From Clostridiales bacterium (GTDB lineage: Bacteria > Bacillota > Clostridia > Christensenellales > Aristaeellaceae): DNA of 29,232 bases. The number at the start of each line of letters is the position of its first letter. Positions within the stretch are counted from its first letter, which is position 1. Made by a program: the position numbers and the translations under genes. The DNA lies in assembly GCA_019409045.1 (NCBI GenBank), contig DXVG01000001.1, positions 1 through 29,232 on the forward strand, written 5' to 3'. The notes under the pieces are model-generated. The model was not told the origin of the DNA and made no database searches. It worked only from the letters and a program-made list of their open reading frames with translations. Shown here piece by piece: positions 25,538 to 29,232 of the stretch.

Positions 25538-26134
25538 ATGACCATGACGCAAAAGCAGGCCACGCGCTCGCTCACGCTCACCGCGATGTTCGTCGCGCTG
25601 GTCGCCCTGCTGGGGCTGACCCCGCTGGGCATCATCCCCCTCGGCTTTATCAACGTGACCATACTGCACATACCCGTCGTCATCGGCACGCTCGTGCTCG
25701 GCCTGCGGGGCGGGCTGATCCTGGGCTGCACGTTCGGGCTGGTCAGCACGCTGCGCGCCTTTGGCATTCCCCTGCCCGCCTCGGCGCTCGTGTCCAACCT
25801 GATGGCGGAGAGCCCGCTTCTGGTGATCGTGATGAGCATGTTCCCGCGGCTGATGGTGCCGCTGGTCACGCACGGCGTGTATCGCCTGATCGACGGCCGG
25901 GGCGCGCGAATCTATGTATCCGTGCCCGTGGCGGCGGTCGCGGGCACGCTGACCAACACGGTGCTGTACCTGGGGCTGATGCTGCTGTTTTACGCGATGA
26001 CCGCGCTGGATACGGCGGCCGTGCTGGGGCTGATCCTCGGAACGGGCGCCATTGGCGGCGGGAGCGAGGCTGTGGTGGCGGCGCTGATCTCCACGCCCGT
26101 GGTGGTCGCGCTCAGAAAAATACAGAAGAAGTAG
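25538..26134 (+). CDS. panT: ECF transporter S component, probably pantothenate-specific (PanT-like)
   Basis: TPLGIIP...TILHIPVVIG, PRL, GTLTNTVL, E in the last TM; directly upstream of coaX. Confidence 0.8.
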   Translation: MTMTQKQATRSLTLTAMFVALVALLGLTPLGIIPLGFINVTILHIPVVIGTLVLGLRGGLILGCTFGLVSTLRAFGIPLPASALVSNLMAESPLLVIVMSMFPRLMVPLVTHGVYRLIDGRGARIYVSVPVAAVAGTLTNTVLYLGLMLLFYAMTALDTAAVLGLILGTGAIGGGSEAVVAALISTPVVVALRKIQKK

Positions 26135-26144
26135 GGAAGAACGC

Positions 26145-26915
26145 ATGATCCTCGCGCTTGACATCGGCAATTCCAACATCAAGGTCGCGCTGTTTGACGG
26201 CCTGGAGCAAAAGACGTACTTTCGCCTCTCGTGCGATCGCAACAAGTCCTCGGACGAGTACGGCGTGACGCTTCTGAGCATGCTGCGCCACGCGGGATAC
26301 GGGCCGCAGGACGTGCACGGCATCGCGTTTTCCTCGGTGGTGCCCACCATCAACTTCACCATCGAGCACATGTGCAGGAACTACTTCGGCATAGAGCCGA
26401 TGAGCGTGCAGCCCGGCATCAAGACGGGCATCAACATAAAGTACGAAAACCCGCGGGAGCTGGGAAGCGACCGCATCGCCAACGCCGTGGCCGCCTACGA
26501 GCTCTACGGCGGGCCGTGCATCACCATAGACTTCGGCACCGCCACGTCCTTTGGCGCCATTTCCCGGCGCGGCGAGTTTCTGGGCGGCGCGATCTGCCCG
26601 GGCATCAAGCTGGCGGCGGAGGCGCTGACCGAGCGCACGGCGAAGCTGCCCCGCTTCGAGCTGCAAAGGCCGGAGGCGGTCATCGGCAGAAACACCGTGG
26701 CGAACATGCAGTCCGGCATCGTCTACGGCTACATCGGGCAGGTGAGCTATCTGATCGAGCGGATGAAGCGCGAGCTGGGCGCGCCCGAGGCCAAGGTGAT
26801 CGCCACCGGCGGCCTAGCGCTGCTGATCGCGGAGGACTCGAGCGTGATAGACGTTCTGGACGGACTTCTGACGCTGAAGGGGCTGTGTCTGATCTATGAA
26901 AAAAATGCCGTGTGA
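26145..26915 (+). CDS. coaX: Type III pantothenate kinase
   Basis: DIGNSNI, SSVVP, LGSDR, IDFGTAT, GGAICPG, IATGG. Confidence 0.97.
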   Translation: MILALDIGNSNIKVALFDGLEQKTYFRLSCDRNKSSDEYGVTLLSMLRHAGYGPQDVHGIAFSSVVPTINFTIEHMCRNYFGIEPMSVQPGIKTGINIKYENPRELGSDRIANAVAAYELYGGPCITIDFGTATSFGAISRRGEFLGGAICPGIKLAAEALTERTAKLPRFELQRPEAVIGRNTVANMQSGIVYGYIGQVSYLIERMKRELGAPEAKVIATGGLALLIAEDSSVIDVLDGLLTLKGLCLIYEKNAV

Positions 26916-27363
26916 GCTCGCCCGCCGCTGCGTGGAGACGCCCATCGGGCCGATGACGCTCGCCGCGGACGGCGAGGCGCTGGTGGAGGCGCGCTTTGGC
27001 CGCTCCCCCTTTGCGGACGGGGGCGGCGTGCTCGACCAGGCCGAGCGTGAGCTTCAGGAGTACTTTTCCGGCCGGCGGCGCGCGTTCGACGTGCCGCTGC
27101 GCCCGCGCGGAACGCCGTTTCAGCAGCGCGTGTGGCAGGCGCTGCGGGGCATTCCCTACGGACAGACGCGCGCCTATCAGGACGTGGCGCGCGCCGTGGA
27201 CGCGCCGCGGGCCTGCCGCGCCGTGGGCGGCGCGAACCACAAAAACCCCCTGCCGGTGTTCATCCCCTGCCATCGCGTGATCGGCCGCGGCGGCGCGCTC
27301 GTGGGCTACGCGGGCGGGCTGGAGGCGAAGAAGCGGCTGCTGGAGCTGGAGGGCGCGCTTTGA
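26896..27363 (+). CDS. ogt: Methylated-DNA-[protein]-cysteine S-methyltransferase
   Basis: GTPFQQRVW, IPYG, RAVG, PCHRV, GYAGG. Start 26896 or 26905. Confidence 0.93.
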   Translation: MKKMPCELARRCVETPIGPMTLAADGEALVEARFGRSPFADGGGVLDQAERELQEYFSGRRRAFDVPLRPRGTPFQQRVWQALRGIPYGQTRAYQDVARAVDAPRACRAVGGANHKNPLPVFIPCHRVIGRGGALVGYAGGLEAKKRLLELEGAL

Positions 27364-27959
27364 TCTTTCCATATACAGGCAGGGAGATGGAATACCTGCG
27401 CGGGCGCGACGCGAAGCTGGGCGCGTGGATAGACCGCCTCGGGCACATCCGGCGCGAGATGATCAGCGAGCCGTTCGCGGCGCTTATGCACGCGGTGACG
27501 GGGCAGCAGGTGTCCTCCAAGGCGCAGGCGAGCGTGTGGGCGCGGCTGCTTGCGCGCGGGCTGGACCGGCCGGAGGCCGTGCTCGCCATGCCGGAGGATG
27601 AGCTGTCCGCGCTGGGGCTCGGCCCCAAAAAGGCGCGCTGGCTGCGCCTTGCCGCGCAGCGGGCAGACGAGCTTCAGGGGCTGGACGCGCTTTCGGACGC
27701 GGAGGTCGTGCGCAGGCTCACATCGTTTGCGGGCGTGGGCCGCTGGACGGCGGAGATGCTCATGATCTTCTCGCTGGGGCGCATGAACGTGCTCAGCCAG
27801 GGCGATCTCGGCATCCGCCGCGGCCTGTGCGCGCTGCACGGCCCGGACGCGTGCGCGCGCTTTGACTTCTGGCGGGAGCGGTACGCGCCGTATGGAAGCG
27901 TGGCCTCCCTGTACCTGTGGGAGATCGCGCGGTTGGGGGATGCAGATGCCCAGATTTGA
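27360..27959 (+). CDS. DNA-3-methyladenine glycosylase II (AlkA-like, HhH-GPD)
   Basis: GQQVS, GVGRWTAEM..IF, DLG, ASLYLW; TTG start overlapping the ogt stop (TTGA) with a GGAGG RBS. Confidence 0.88.
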   Translation: MIFPYTGREMEYLRGRDAKLGAWIDRLGHIRREMISEPFAALMHAVTGQQVSSKAQASVWARLLARGLDRPEAVLAMPEDELSALGLGPKKARWLRLAAQRADELQGLDALSDAEVVRRLTSFAGVGRWTAEMLMIFSLGRMNVLSQGDLGIRRGLCALHGPDACARFDFWRERYAPYGSVASLYLWEIARLGDADAQI

Positions 27960-29232
27960 AGCAACGGTTGAAAAGATCACATATCGCAACGAGGGCAACG
28001 GCTTTACCGTCGCACAGGTGCGGCTCGCGGGCGGCGAGCGCATGGCGGCCGTGGGCGCGATGCCCCTTTTGCAGCCGGGCGAGCGCGCCGCGTTTGAGGG
28101 CGAGCTGACCGAGCACAGGGAGTACGGGCGGCAGATACGGGTGTCGCTGGTGGAGGCCCTGGAGCCGGAGACGCTGGAGGGCATCGAGAAGTACCTCGCC
28201 TCCGGGATGATCCGCGGCGTGGGCGAGGCCACGGCGCGCCTGATCGTGGAATCGTTCGGCGAGCGCACGCTGGACGTGCTCAGCGGGGAGCCGCACAGGC
28301 TGACCGAGGTGCCCGGCATCGGCCGGAAGCGCGCCGCGATGATCGCCGAGAGCTTTCAGGAGCACAACCAGATGCGCGGCGCGATGATGTTTCTGCAAAA
28401 GTACGGGCTCACGCCGGGCATGGCGGCGCGCGTATACCGCGTGTTCGGCGACCGCACGGAGGCCGTGGCGCGCGAGAACCCCTACCGGCTGGCCGACGAG
28501 GTGGAGGGCGTGGGCTTCAAGACCGCCGACCGCATGGCGCTGGCGATGGGGTTTTCGCTCAGCGGCGAGTTTCGGTTGCAGAGCGGGCTGCGCTACGCGC
28601 TGAGCGAGGCGGCGGCATCGTCCGGGCACATGTACCTGCCGCGCGAGGCGCTGGTGGAGCACGCGGGCCGCATGCTCGGCGCGGACGCGGAGCTGGTGGA
28701 CAACGCGCTGCGCTCGCTGGTGCTCTCGGGCGGACTGGAGGCCGAGGAGCTGGACGGGGAGACGGCCATATACCTGCCCCGCTATCACGAGGCCGAGACC
28801 GACGCTGCCTACCGCATCGCGCGGCTGATGCGCTCCTTCGAGGGCGCGGCCGCAGAGGGGCGCGCCGAGCGCGTGATGCGCCGCACCGAGGAGGACGAGG
28901 GCATGCATCTGTGCCCCGAGCAGCGCGAGGCCGTGGAGGCCGTGGAGCGCGAGGGCGTGCTGGTGATCACCGGCGGGCCGGGCACGGGCAAGACCACCAC
29001 GCTCCGGTGCATACTGCGCCTGCTGGACGAGCTGGGCGGCGCGGAGCTGTGCGCGCCCACGGGCAGGGCCGCCAAGCGCATGAGCGAGGCCACGGGCCGC
29101 CCGGCGCGCACCATCCATCGCCTTCTGGAGTACGCGGGCGAGGACGGGCGCTTCCAGCGCGACGAGCACGACCCGCTGGAGTGCGCGGCCGTGGTGGTGG
29201 ACGAGATGAGCATGGTGGACATCTTCCTGTTC
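27946..29232 (+). CDS. recD2: ATP-dependent RecD-like DNA helicase RecD2 (3' truncated by the window; absent from the ORF track)
   Basis: Manual translation: ITYRNEGNGFTV, YLASGMIRGVG, VPGIG, ENPYRL, GVGFKTAD, GH.YL, TGGPGTGKTT, APTGRAAKR, TIHRLL, VDEMSMVD. Confidence 0.95.
   Translation, partial: MPRFEATVEKITYRNEGNGFTVAQVRLAGGERMAAVGAMPLLQPGERAAFEGELTEHREYGRQIRVSLVEALEPETLEGIEKYLASGMIRGVGEATARLIVESFGERTLDVLSGEPHRLTEVPGIGRKRAAMIAESFQEHNQMRGAMMFLQKYGLTPGMAARVYRVFGDRTEAVARENPYRLADEVEGVGFKTADRMALAMGFSLSGEFRLQSGLRYALSEAAASSGHMYLPREALVEHAGRMLGADAELVDNALRSLVLSGGLEAEELDGETAIYLPRYHEAETDAAYRIARLMRSFEGAAAEGRAERVMRRTEEDEGMHLCPEQREAVEAVEREGVLVITGGPGTGKTTTLRCILRLLDELGGAELCAPTGRAAKRMSEATGRPARTIHRLLEYAGEDGRFQRDEHDPLECAAVVVDEMSMVDIFLF

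Noticed and set aside
1..29232. tRNA or rRNA genes, integrase, att sites
   Set aside because: None recognisable by eye; tRNAscan-SE or cmscan would be needed to exclude them formally.

Overview
High-GC bacterial chromosomal window, probably from a Clostridia-like Firmicute (inferred from sigma-A promoters, GGAGG RBSs, an ECF S-component, RecD2 and CoaX). It has four parts. (1) 1-~2270: an AT-richer, decayed accessory segment with the end of an IS256-like element truncating a membrane-protein gene, an excisionase-like HTH, small membrane proteins and a frameshifted secreted protein. Three operator-like palindromes precede an XRE regulator. (2) 2609-4416: a macrodomain-XRE fusion gene and a stand-alone VWA gene, separated by a 40-bp tandem repeat that carries a palindromic operator-like site. 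This is a candidate ADP-ribose-sensing regulatory module. (3) 4706-19705: a GntR/UTRA-associated sugar/polyol catabolic locus of unknown substrate (four dehydrogenases, two lactonase-type hydrolases, FGGY kinase, Eda, CUT2 ABC transporter). A shared ~20-bp motif recurs in its intergenic promoter regions, and the substrate-binding gene has an in-frame TGA. (4) 19858-29232: housekeeping genes rpmE-prmC-prfA-sua5, GrpB, AI-2E transporter, cupin, panT-like-coaX-ogt-alkA-like-recD2 (truncated by the window end). Two ~95% identical 172-bp structured MITEs sit at terminators between convergent genes. All calls come from reading motifs by eye; no searches were run.
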